From positions 1 through 55,315 of the forward strand of contig JBHGNT010000195.1 in assembly GCA_043228905.1 (NCBI GenBank): a stretch of 55,315 nt of DNA, written 5' to 3'. The stretch is from Azolla caroliniana (taxonomy: Eukaryota; Plantae; Polypodiophyta). Shown in pieces: positions 1 to 13,007 of the stretch (position 1 is the stretch's first letter; each line of letters starts with the position of its first letter). A program made the position numbers and the translations under genes. A model generated the notes under the pieces. The model was not told the DNA's origin. It searched no databases and was given only the letters and a program-made list of their open reading frames with translations.

Positions 1-3000
1 ATGGAATTTAAAACTAAACATGAGGCGGTCGTAGACAAGAGCACCACAGTAAATGAAAAAGTTCATACCTGGGTCATGTGATATCGGAATTTTGTCTTCA
101 AACATACGAATCGACGCTAACAACGCTAGCTATGATATGGAATTAAAAAATCAAGATTTTTAAATTCAGGTCGAGAGACATGAAGAAAATAGGAAACTTT
201 AGGAGGTCGTAGACAAGATCCCGTGAGTAAATGAAAATGTTCATACCTGGGTCATGTGATATCTGATTTTTGAGGTCAAACATGCGAATCGAGGCTTCCA
301 ATGCTAACTATGATATGGCATTTAAAAATCAAGATTTTGAAACTCAGGTCGACAGACATGAAGAAAATACCAAACTTGAGGAGGTCGTAGATAAGAGCAC
401 GGGAGTAAATGACAAGGTTCATACCTCGGTCATTTGATATCGGATTTTTCAGGTGAAACATGTGAATTGAAACTAACAACGCTAGCTATCATATGGAATT
501 GAAAATTCAAGATTTTTAAACTCAGGTCGAGAGATATGAAGAAAATACCAAACTTTAGGTGGTCGTAGACAAGAGCACGGGTGTAAATGCGAAAGTTCAT
601 ACCTGGGTCATGTGATATCGGATTTTTGAGGTCAAACATGCGAATAGAAACTAACAACGCCAGCTATGATATGGAATTTAAAACTCAGGATTTTGAAACT
701 CCGGTCCAGAGACATGAAGAAAATAACAAACTTGAGAAGGTCGTAGACAAGAGCGCGTTACTAAATGAAAATGTTCATACCTGCCTCGTGTGATATCGGA
801 TTTATGTGCTTAAACATGCGAATCGAAGCTAACAACGCTAGCAATGATATGGAATTAAAAAATCAGGATTTATAAACTTAGGTCGAGAGACATGAAGAAA
901 ATACCAAACTTGAACAGGTCGTAGACTAGACCCGGGGAGTAAATGAAAATGTTCATACCTGGGTCATGTAATATCGGATTTTTGAGGTCAAACATACGAA
1001 TCGAAGCTAACAACACTAGCTATTATATGGAATTAAAAACTCAATATTTTTAAACTCAGGTCGAGAGACATGAAGAAAATACCAAACTTGAGGAGGTCGA
1101 AGACAAGATCCCGTAATTAAATGAAAATGTTCATACCTGGGTCATGTGATATCGGATTTTTGAGGTCAAACATGCGAATCGAAACTAACAACGCCAGCCA
1201 TGATATGGAATTTACAACTCAAGATTTTGAAACTCCGGTCTAGAGACATGAAGAAAATAGCAAACTTGAGAAGGTCGTAGACAAGAGCGCGTTACTAAAT
1301 GAAAATGTTCATACCTGGGTCATGAGATATCGGATTTTTGAGGTCAAACATGCGAATCGAAACTAACAACGCCAGCTATGATATGGAATTTAAAACTCAA
1401 GATTTTGAAACTCAGGTCGAGAGACATGAAGAAAATACCAAACATGAGACGGTCGTAGACAAGAGCACCGAAGTAAATGAAAATGTTCATACCTGGGTCA
1501 TTTGATATCGGATTTTTGTCTTCAAACATACGAATCCAAGCTAACAACGCTACCTATGATATGGAATTAAAAAATCAAGATTTTAAAATTCAGGTCCAGA
1601 GACATGAAGAAAATAGGAAACTTGAGGAGGTCGTAAACAAGATCCCGTGAGTAAATGAAAATGTTCATACCTGGGTCATGTGATAACTGATTTTTGAGGT
1701 CAAACATGCGAATCGAAGCTTCCAATGCTAACTATGATATGGCATTTAAAAATCATGGTTAATACCAAGGTTCATACCTCGGTCATGTGATATCGGATTT
1801 ATGTGTTTAAACATGCGAATCGAAGCTAACAACGCTAGCTATGATATGGAATTAAAAAACCAAGATTCTTAAACTCAGGTCGAGAGACACGAAGAAAATA
1901 GGAAACTTGAGGAGGTCGTAGACAAGATCCCTTGAGTAAATGAAAATGTTCATACCTGGGTCATGTGATATCTGATTTTTGAGGTCAAACATTCGAATCG
2001 AGGCTCCCAATGCTAACTATGATATGGCATTTAAAAATCAGGGTTAATACCAAGGTTCATACCTCGGTCATGTGATATCGGATTTATGTGTTTAAACATG
2101 CGAATCGAAGCTAACAACGCTAGCTATAATATGGAATTAAAAAACCAAGATTCTTAAACTCAGGTCGAGAGACACGAAGAAAATAGGAAACTTGAGGAGG
2201 TCGTAGACAAGATCCCGTGAGTAAATGAAAATGTTCATACCTCGGTCAGGTGATATCGAATTTTTGAAGTCAAACACGCGAATCGAAACTAACAACGCCA
2301 GCTATGATATGGAATTTAAAACTCATGATTTTGAAACTCCGATCTAGAGACATGAAGAAAATAGCAAACTTCAGGAGGTCGTAGACAACAGCCGAGGAGT
2401 AAATGAAAATGTTCAAACCTGGGTCATGTGATATCGGATTTTTCAGGTCAAACATGCGAATCGAAACTAACAACGCCAGCTATGATATGGAATTTAAAAC
2501 TAAAGATTTTGAAACTCCGGTCTAGAGAGATGAAGAAAATAGCAAACTTGGGAAGGTCGTAGACAAGAGCGCGTTACTAAATGAAAATGTTCATACCTGG
2601 CTCGTTTGATATCAGATTTTTGTATTTAAACAGGCGAATTGAAGCTTTCAATGTTAGCTACAAAGTGGAATTAAACAATCAACTTTTTGAAACTCACGTC
2701 GAGAGACATGAAGAAACTACCAAACATGAGGCGGTCGTAGACAAGAGCACCAAAGTAAATGAAAAAGTTCATACCTGGGTCATGTGATATCGGATTTTTG
2801 TCTTCAAACATACGAATCGAAGCTAACAACGCTAGCTATGATATGGAATTAAAAAATCAAGATTTTTAAATTCAGGTCGAGAGACATGAAGAAAATAGGA
2901 AACTTCAGGAGGTCGTAGACAAGATCCCGTGAGTAAACGAAAATGTTCATACCTGCGTCATGTGATATCTGATTTTTGAGGTCAAATATGCCAATCGAGG

Positions 3001-6000
3001 CTTCCAATGATAACTATGATATGGCATTTAAAAATCAAGATTTTGAAACTCAGGTCGACAGACATGAGTAAAATACCAAACTTGAGGAGGTCGTAGATAA
3101 GAGCACGGGAGTAAATCACAAGGTTCTTACCTCGGTCATGTGATATCGGATTTTTCAGGTGAAACATGTGAATCGAAACTAACAACGCTAGCTATCATAT
3201 GGAATTGAAAATTCAAGATTTTTAAACTCAGGTCGAGAGACATGAAGAAAAAAGCAAACTTTAGGTGGTCGTAGACAAGAGCACGGGAGTAAATGCGAAA
3301 GTTCATACCTGGATCATGTGATATCGGATTTTTGAGGTCAAACATGCGAATCGAAACTAACAACGCCAGCTATGATATCGAATTTAAAACTCAGGATTTG
3401 AAACTCCGGTCCAGAGACATGAAGAAAATAGCAAACATGAGAAGGTCGTAGACAAGAGCGCGTTAGTAAATGAAAATGTTCATATCTGGCTCGTGTGATA
3501 TCGGATTTTTGTGGTTAAACATGCGAATTGAAGCTTACAATGTTAGCTACGATGTGGAATTAAACAGTAATTATTTTGAAACTCAGGTGGAGAGATATGA
3601 AGAAAATACCAAACTTGAGGAGGTCGTAGATAAGAGCACGGGAGTAAATAACAAGGTTCATATCTCGGTCATGTGATATCAGATTTTTTATGTCAAACAT
3701 ACGCATCGAAGCAAACAATTCTAGCTATGATATGGAATTAAAAAATCATGATTTTTAAACTCAGGTCGAGAGACATGAAGAAAATAGGAAACTTGAGGAG
3801 GTCGTAGACAAGATCCTGTGAGTAAATGAAAATGTTCATACCTGGGTCATGTGATATCGGATTTTTGAGGTCAAATATGCGAATCGAAACCAACAACGCT
3901 AGCTATTATATGGAATTAAAAAATCATGATTTTTAAACTCAGGTCGAGAGACATGAAGGAAATAGGAAACTTGAGGAGGTCAAAGACAAGATCCCGTAAA
4001 TAAATGAAAATGTTCATACCTGGCTGGTGTGATATCGGATTTATGTGTTTAAACATGCGAATCGAAGCTAACAACGCTAGCAATGATATGGAATTAAAAA
4101 ATCAGGATTTATAAACTTAGGTCGAGAGACATGAAGAAAATACCAAACATGAAGAGGTCGTAGACTAGACCCGGGGAGTAAATGAAAATGTTCATACCTA
4201 GGTCATGTGATATCGGATTTTTGAGGTCAAACATACGAATCGAAGCTAACAACACTAGCTATTATATGGAATTAAAAACTCAATATTTTTAAACTCAGGT
4301 CGAGAGACATGAAGAAAATACCAAACTTGAGGAGGTCGTAGACAACAGCCGAGGAGTAAATGAAAATGTTCATACCTGGGTCATCTGATATCGGATTTTT
4401 TAGGTCGTAGACAAGAGCACCGAAGTAAATGAAAATATTCATACCTGGGTCATGTGATATCGGATTTTTGCGATCAAACATGCGAATCGAAACTAACAAC
4501 GCCAGCTATGATATGGAATTTAAAACTCGGGTCGAGCCGCATGAATAAAATAGCAAAGTCGAGGAGGTCGTAGAGAAGAGCCCGTCATTAAATGAAAATG
4601 TTCATACCTGGCTTGTGTCATAACGGATTTATGTGTTTAAACATGCAAATCGAAGCTAACAACGCTAGCTATGATATGGAATTAAAAAATCAAGATTTTG
4701 AAACTCAGGTCGAGAGACATGAAGAAAATACCAAACTTGAGGAGGTCGTAGACTAGACCCGAGGAGTAAAGGAAAATGTTCATATCTGGGTCATGTGATA
4801 TCGGATGTTTGAGGTCAAACATGCGAATCGAAACTAACAACGCCAGCCATGATATGGAATTTACAACTAAGGATTTTGAAACTCCGGTCTAGAGACATGA
4901 AGAAAATACAAAACTTGAGAAGGTCGTAGACCAGAGCGCATTAGTAAATGAAAATGTTCATACCTCGCTCGTGTGATATCGGATTTTTGTGGTTAAACAT
5001 ACGAATTGAAGCTTACAATGTTAGCTACGATGTGGAATTAAACAATCAAAATTTTGAAACTCAGGTCGAGAGACATGAAGAAAATACCAAACTTGAGGAG
5101 GCCGTAGATAAGAGCACGGGAGTAAATAACGCCAGCTATGATATGGAATTTAAAACTCAGGATTTTGAATATCCGGTCTAGAGACATGAAAGAAATAGGA
5201 AACTTGAGGAGGTCGAAGACAAGATCCTGTAAGTAAATGAAAATGTTCATACCTGGGTCATGTGATATCGGATTTTTGAGGTCAAACATGCGAATCGAAA
5301 CTAACAACGCTAGCTATTATATGGAATTAAGAAATCATGATTTTTAAACTCAGGTCGAGAGACATGAAGGAAATAGGAAACTTGAGGAGGTCGAAGACAA
5401 GATCCCGTAAGTAAATGAAAATGTTCATACCTGGGTCATGTGATATTGGATTTTTGAGGTCAAACATGCGAATCGAAACTAACAACGCCAGCTATGATAT
5501 GGAATTTAAAACTCAGGATTTTGAAACTCCGGTCTATAGACATAAAGAAAATAGCAAACTTGAGAAGGTCGTAGACAAGAGCGCGTTAGTAAATGAAAAT
5601 GTTCATACCTGGTTCCTGTGATATCGGATTTTTGTGGTTAAACATGTGAATTCAAGCTTACAATGTTAGCTACGATGTGGAATTAAACAATCATCTTTTG
5701 GAAACTCAGGTCGAGAGACATGAAGAAAATAGAAAACTTCAGGAGGTCGTAGATAAGAGCACGGGAGTAAATAACAAGGTTCATACCTCTGTCATCTGAT
5801 ATCAGATATTTGAGGTCAAACATACGAATCGAAGCTAAAAACGCTAGCTATCATATGGAATTAAAAAATCATGATTTTTAAACTCAGGTCGAGAGACATG
5901 AAGAAAAAATAGGAAACTTGAGGAGGTCGTAGACAAGATCCTGTGAGTAAATGAAAATGTTCATACCTGGGTCATGTGATATCGGATTTTTGAGGTCATA

Positions 6001-9000
6001 CATGCGAATCGAAACTAACAATGCCAGCTATGATATGGAATTTAAAACTCAAGATTTTGAAACTCCGGTCTAGAGACATGATGAAAATAGCAAACTTCAG
6101 GAGGTCGTAGACAAGAGCTGGGAGTAAATGAAAATGTTCCTACCTGGGTCATGTGATATCGGATTTTTGAGGTCATACATGCGAATCGAAACTAACAATG
6201 CCAGCTATGATATGGAATTTAAAACTCAAGATTTTGAAACTCCGGTCTAGAGACATGATGAAAATAGCAAACTTCAGGAGGTCGTAGACAAGAGCTGGGG
6301 AGTAAATGAAAATGTTCCTACCTGGGTCATGTGATATCGGATTTTTCAGGTGAAACATGCGAATCGAAACTAACAACGCCAGCTCCGATATGGAATTTCA
6401 AACTCAAGATTTTGAAACTCCGGTCTAGAGACATGAAGAAAATAGCAAACTTGAGAAGGTCGTAGACAAGAGCGCGTTACTAAATGAAAATGTTCATACC
6501 TGGCTCGTGTGATATCGGATTTGTGTATTTAAACATGCGAATTGAAGCTTACAATGTTAGCTACAAAGTGAAATTAAACAATCAACATTTTAAAACTCAG
6601 GTCGAGAGACAGGAAGAAAATACCAAACATGAGGCGGTCGTAGGCAAGAGCACCAAAGTAAATGAAAAAGTTCATACCTGGGTCATGTGATATCAGATTT
6701 TTGTGTTCAAACATACGAATCGAAGCTAACAGTGCCAGCTATGATATGGAATTAAAAAATCAAGATTTTTAAATTCAGGTCGAGAGACATGAAGAAAATA
6801 GGAAACTTGAGGAGGTCGTAGGCAAGATCCCGTGAGTAAATGAAAATGTTCATACCTGGGTCATGTGATATCTGATTTTTGAGGTCAAACATGCGAATCG
6901 AGCCTCCCAATGCTAACTATGATATGGCATTTAAAAATCAAGATTTTGAAACTCAGGTCGAGACGCATGACTGAAATACCAAAGTTGAGGAGGTCGTAGA
7001 CAAGAGCCGGTTAGTAAATGTAAATGTTCATACCTGGCTCGTGTGATATCGGATTTATGTGTTTACACATGCGAATCGAAGCTAACAACGCTACCTATGA
7101 TATGGAATTAAAAAATCAAGATTTTGAAACTCAGGTCGAGAGACATGAAGAAAATACCAAACTTGAGGAGGTCGTAGACAAGAGCCGGTCAGTAAATGAA
7201 AATGTTCATACCTGGCTCGTGTGATATCGGATTTTTGAGGTCAAACATGCGAATCGAAACTTCTAATGCTAACTATGATATGGCATTGAAAAATCAAGAT
7301 TTTGAAACTCAGGTCGAGACGCATGCATAAAATACCAAAGATGAGGAGGTTGTAGACTAAAGCCCGTGAGTAAATGAAAATGTTCAAACCTGGCTCGTGT
7401 GATATCGGATTTTTTTGTTTAAACATGGGAATCGAAGCTAACAACGATAACTATGATATAGAATTAAAAAATCAAGATTTTTAAACTCAGGTCGAGAGAC
7501 ATGAAAAAATAGGAAACTTGAGGAGGTCGAAGACAAGATCCCGTGAGTAAATGAAAATGTTCATACCTGGGTCATGTGATATCTGATTTTTGAGGTCAAA
7601 CATGCGAATCGAGGCTCCCAATGCTAACTATGATATGGCATTGAAAAATCAAGATTTTGAAACTCAGGTCGAGACGCATGAATAAAATACCAAAGATGAG
7701 GAGGTTGTAGACTAAAGCCCGTGAGTAAATGAAAATGTTCAAACCTGGCTCGTGTGATATCGGATTTTTTTGTTTAAACATGGGAATCGAAGCTAACAGC
7801 TAGCTATGATATGGAATTAAACAATCAAGATTTTGAAACTTAGATCGAGAGACATGAAGAAAATACCAAACTTGAGGAGGTCGTAGACAAGAGCCTGGGA
7901 GTAAATCAAAATGTTCATTTCTGGGTCATGTGATATCGGATTTTTGAGGTCAGACATGCGAATCGAAACTAACAACGCCAGCTCCGATATGGAATTTAAA
8001 ACTCAAGATTTTGAAACTCCGGTCTAGAGACATGAAGAAAATACCAAACTTGAGAAAGTCGTAGACAAGAGCGCGTTACTAAATGAAAATGTTCATACCT
8101 GGCTCGTGTGATATCGGATTTTTGAGGTGAAACATGCGAATCGAAACTTCTAGTGCTAACTATGCTATGGCATTGAAAAATGAAGATTTTGAAACTCAGG
8201 TCGAGACGCATGAATAAAATACCAAAGATGAGGAGGTTGTAGACTAAAGCCCGTGAGTAAATGAAAATGTTCAAATCTGGCTCGTGTGATATCAGATTTT
8301 TTTGTTTAAATATGGGAATCGAAGCTAACAACGCTAGCTATGATATGGAATTAAAAAATCAAGATTTTGAAACTTAGATCGAGAGACATGAAGAAAATAC
8401 CAAACTTGAGGAGGTCGTAGACAAGAGCCTGCGAGTAAATCAAAATGTTCATTTCTGGGTCATGTGATATCGGATTTTTGAGGTCAGACATGCGAATCGA
8501 AACTAACAACACCAGCTCCGATATGGAATTTAAAACTCAAGATTTTGAAACTCCGGTCTAGAGACATGAACAAAATAGCAAACTTGAGAAAGTCGTAGAC
8601 AAGAGCGCGTTACTAAATGAAAATGTTCATACCTGGCTCGTGTGATATCGGATTTTTGTGTTTAAACATGCGAATTCAAGCTTACAATGTTAGCTACGAT
8701 GTGGAATTAAACAATCAACATTTTGAAACTCAGGTCGAGAGACATGAAGAAAATACCAAACTTGAGGAGGTCGTAGACAAGAGCACGGGAGTAAATGAAA
8801 ATGTTCATACCTGGGTCATGTGATATCGGATTTTTGTGTTCAAACATACGAATCGAAGCTAACAACGCTAACTATGATATAGAATTAAAAAATCAAGATT
8901 TTTAAACTCAAGTCGAGAGACATGAAAAAATAAGAAACTTGAGGAGGTCGAAGACAAGATCCCGTGAGTAAATGAAAATGTTCATACCTGGGTCATGTGA

Positions 9001-12000
9001 TATCGGATTTTTGAGGTCAAACATGCGAATCGAAACTAACAACGCTAGCTATTATATGGAATTAAAAAATCATGATTTTTAAACTCAGGTCGAGAGACAT
9101 GAAGGAAATAGGAAACTTGAGGAGGTCGAAGACAAGATCCCGTAAGTAAATGAAAATGTTCATACCTGGGTCATGTGATATCGGATTTTTGAGGTAAAAC
9201 ATGCGAATCGAAATTAACAACGCCAGCTATGATATGGAATTTAAAACTCAGGATTTTCAAACTCAGGTCGAGAGATATAAAGAAAATAGCAAACTTGAGA
9301 AGGTCGTAGACAAGAGCGCGTTAGTAAATGAAAATGTTCATACCTGGTTCCTGTGATATCGGATTTTTGTGTTCAAACATACGAATCAGAGCTAACAACG
9401 CTAACTATGATATAGAATTAAAAAATCAAGATTTTGAAACTCAGATCGAGAGACATCAAGGAAATACCAAACTTGAGGAGGTCGTAGACAAGAGCCTGGG
9501 AGTAAATCAAAATGTTCATTTCTGGGTCATGTGACATCGGATTTTTGAGGTCAGACATGCGAATCGAAACTAACAACGCCAGCTCCGATATGGAATTTAA
9601 AACTCAAGATTTTGAAACTCCGGTCTACAGACATGATGAAAATAGCAAACTTGAGAAAGTCGTAGACAAGAGCGCGTTACTAAATGAAAATGTTCATACC
9701 TGGCTCGTGTAATATCGGATTTCTGTGTTTAAACATGCGAATTCAAGCTTACAATGTTAGCTACGATGTGGAATTAAACAATCAACATTTCGAAACTCAG
9801 GTCGAGAGACATGAAGAAAATACCAAACTTGAGGAGGTCGTAGACAAGAGCACGGGAGTAAATGAAAATGTTCATACCTGGGTCATGTGATATCGGATTT
9901 TTGTGTTCAAACATACGAATCGAAGCTAACAACGCTAACTATGATATAGAATTAAAAAATCAAGATTTTTAAACTCAGGTCGAGAGACATGAAAAAATAG
10001 GAAACTTGAGGAGGTCGCAGACAAGATCCCGTGACTAAATGAAAATGTTCATACCTGGGTCATGTGATATCGGATTTTTGAGGTCAAACATGCGAATCGA
10101 AACTTCTAATGCTAACTTTCATATGGCATTGAAAAATGAAGATTTTGAAACTCATGTCGAGACGCATGAATAAAATACCAAAGATGAGGAGGTTGTAGAC
10201 TAAAGCCCGTGAGTAAATGAAAATGTTCAAACGTGGCTCGTGTGATATCGGATTTTTGTGTTTAAACATGCGAATTGAAGCTGAGAATGCTAGCTACGAT
10301 ATAGAATTAAAAACTCAAGATTTTGAAACTCAGGTCGAGAGACATGAAAAAAATACCAAACTTGAGAAGGTCGTAGGAAAGAGCCGGTACCTGGGTCATG
10401 TGATATCGTATTTTTGAGGTCAAACATGCGAATCGAAATTAACAATGCCAGCTATGATATGGAATTTAAAACTCAAGATTTTGAAACTCCGCTCTAGAGA
10501 CATGAACAAAATAGCAAACTTGACAAAGTCGTAGACAAGAGCGCGTTAGTAAATGAAAATGTTCATACCTGGTTCGTTTGATATCGGATATTTGTGTTTA
10601 AACATGCGAATTCAAGCTTACAATGTTAGCTACCATGGGGAATGAAACAATCAACATTTTGAAACTCAGGTCGAGAGACATGAAGAAAATACCAAACTTG
10701 AGGAGGTCGTAGACAAGAGCACGGGAGTAAAGGAAAATGTTCATACCTGGGTAATGTGATATCGGATTTTTGAGGTCAAACATACGAATCGAAGCTAACA
10801 ACGCTAGCTATGATATAGAATTAAAAAATCAAGATTTTTAAAGTCAGGTCGAGAGACATGAAGAAAATAGGAAACTTGAGGAGGTCGTAGACAAGATCCT
10901 GTGAGTAAATGAAAATGTTCATACATGGGTCATGTGATATCAGATTTTTGAGGTCAAACATGCGAATCGAAACTAACAACGCTAGCTATTATATGGAATT
11001 AAAAAATCATGATTTTTAAGCTCAGGTCGAGAGACATGAAGGAAATAGGAAACTTGAGGAGGTCGAAGACAAGATCCCGTAAGTAAATGAAAATGTTCAT
11101 ACCTGGGTCATGTGATATCGGATTTTTGAGGTAAAACATGCGAATCGAAATTAACAACGCCAGCTATGATATGGAATTTAAAACTCTGGATTTTGAAACT
11201 CAGGTCGAGAGACATAAAGAAAATAGCAAACTTGAGAAGGTCGTAGACAAGAGCGCGTTAGTAAATGAAAATGTTCATACCTGGTTCCTGTGATATCGGA
11301 TTTCTGTGGTTAAACATGCGAATTGAAGCTTACAATGTTACCTACGATGTGGAATTAAACAATCATCATTTTGAAACTCAGGTCGAGAGACATGAAGAAA
11401 ATAGCAAACTTTAGGACGTTGTAGATAAGAGCACGGGAGTAAATAACAAGGTTCTTACCTCCGTCATCTGATATCAGATATTTGAGGTCAAACATACGAA
11501 TCGAAGCTAAAAACGCTAGCTATCATATGGAATTAAAAAATCAAGATTTTTAAACTCAGGTCGAGAGATATGAAGAAAATAGGAAACTTGACGAGGTCGT
11601 AGACAAGATCCCGTGAGTAAATGAAAATGTTTATACCTGGGTCATGTGATATCGGATTTTTGAGGTCATACATGCGAATCGAAACTAACAATGCCAGCTC
11701 CGATATGGAATTAAAAACTCAAGATTTTGAAACTCAGGTCGAGAGACATGAAAAAAATACCAAACTTGAGGAGGTCGTAGAAAAGAGTCGATACCTGGGT
11801 CATGTGATATCGTATTTTTGAGGTCAAACATGCGAATCGAAATTAACAACGCCAGCTATGATATGTAATTTAAAACTCATGATTTTGAAACTCCGGTCTA
11901 GAGACATGAACAAAATAGCAAACTTGAGAAAGTCGTAGACAAGAGCGCGTTAGTAAATGAAAATGTTCATACCTGGCTCGTGTGATATCGGATTTTTGTG

Positions 12001-12440
12001 TTTAAACATGCGAATTGAAACTAAGAACGCCAGGTATGATATGGAATTAAAAAAAGAAGATTTTGAAACTCAGGTCGAGAGACTTGAAGAAGGAATTAGC
12101 AAACTTAAGGAGGTCGTAGACAAGAGCCCGTTAGTAAATGAAAATCTGCATACCTGGCTCGTGTGACATCGGATTTTAGTGTTCAAACATGCGAATCGAA
12201 GCTTACAATGCTAGCTATGATATGGAATTAAAAAATCAATATTTTGATACTCCGGTCGAGAGACATGAAGAAAATAGCAAACAGAAGGTCGTAGACAAGA
12301 GCGCGCTAGTAAATGAAAATGTTCATACTTGGCTCGTGTGATATCGGATTTTTTTGTTTATACATGTGAATTTAAGCTTACAGTGTTAGCTATGATGTGG
12401 AATTAAAAAATCAAGATTTTGAAACTCAGTTCGAGAGGCA
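1..12440 (+). repeat. 178-bp satellite array, forward block 1 (about 70 monomers; continues beyond the left edge)
   Basis: The motif AAATGAAAATGTTCATACCTGGGTCATGTGATATCGGATTTTTG...GAGGAGGTCGTAGACAAGAG recurs every 178 bp (monomer starts at 9328, 9506, 9684). Monomers differ by substitutions and some carry internal deletions. Confidence 0.98.
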
Positions 12441-12926
12441 CGACCTCCTCAAATTTGCTATTTTCCTCATATCTCTCGACCTGAGTTTCAAAATTTTGAT
12501 TTTTCAATTCCATATCATAACTAGCGTTGTTAGCTTCGATTCGCATGTTTCAACACAAAAATACGATATCACACAAGCCAGGTATGAACATTTTAATTTA
12601 CTCACGGGCTCTTGTCTACGACCTCCTCAAGTTTGCTTTTTTCTTCATGTCTCTCGACCTAAATTTCAAAATTTTGATTTTTCAATTCAATATTAGAGCA
12701 AGCGTTTGTTAGCTTCAATTCGCATGTTTGAACACAAAAATCCGATATCACACAAGCCAGGTATGAACATTTTCATTTACTAACGGGCTCTTGTCCACTC
12801 CCTCCTCAAGTTTGCTATTTTCGTCATATCTCTCAACCTGAGTTTCAAAATTTTGATTTTTCAATTCAATATCATAGTTAGCGTTCTTAGCTTCGATTCG
12901 CATGGTTGACCAGAAAAATCCGATAT
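12440..12926 (-). repeat. 178-bp satellite, short inverted block (about 2.7 monomers) at the end of duplication copy 1
   Basis: At ...TCGAGAGGCA|CGACCTCCTCAAATTTG the sequence switches to the reverse complement of the monomer. This stretch matches 23909-24395. Confidence 0.95.
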
Positions 12927-13007
12927 GGAAAGCCACCGGATGCAACTCTTCTTTATCGCCTTCTTTATCGACCCATGTAGCATAAAGTCATGGGTTCGAG
13001 TCTTGCC
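12927..13007 (+). other. Non-satellite filler at the duplication junction, templated from the adjacent retrotransposon
   Basis: 12925-12962 matches 29218-29255 (RNase H region of pol, 38 nt). CTTCTTTATCG occurs twice (12948-12958, 12960-12970). 12968-13008 matches the LTR at 27127-27167 (41 nt). Confidence 0.95.
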
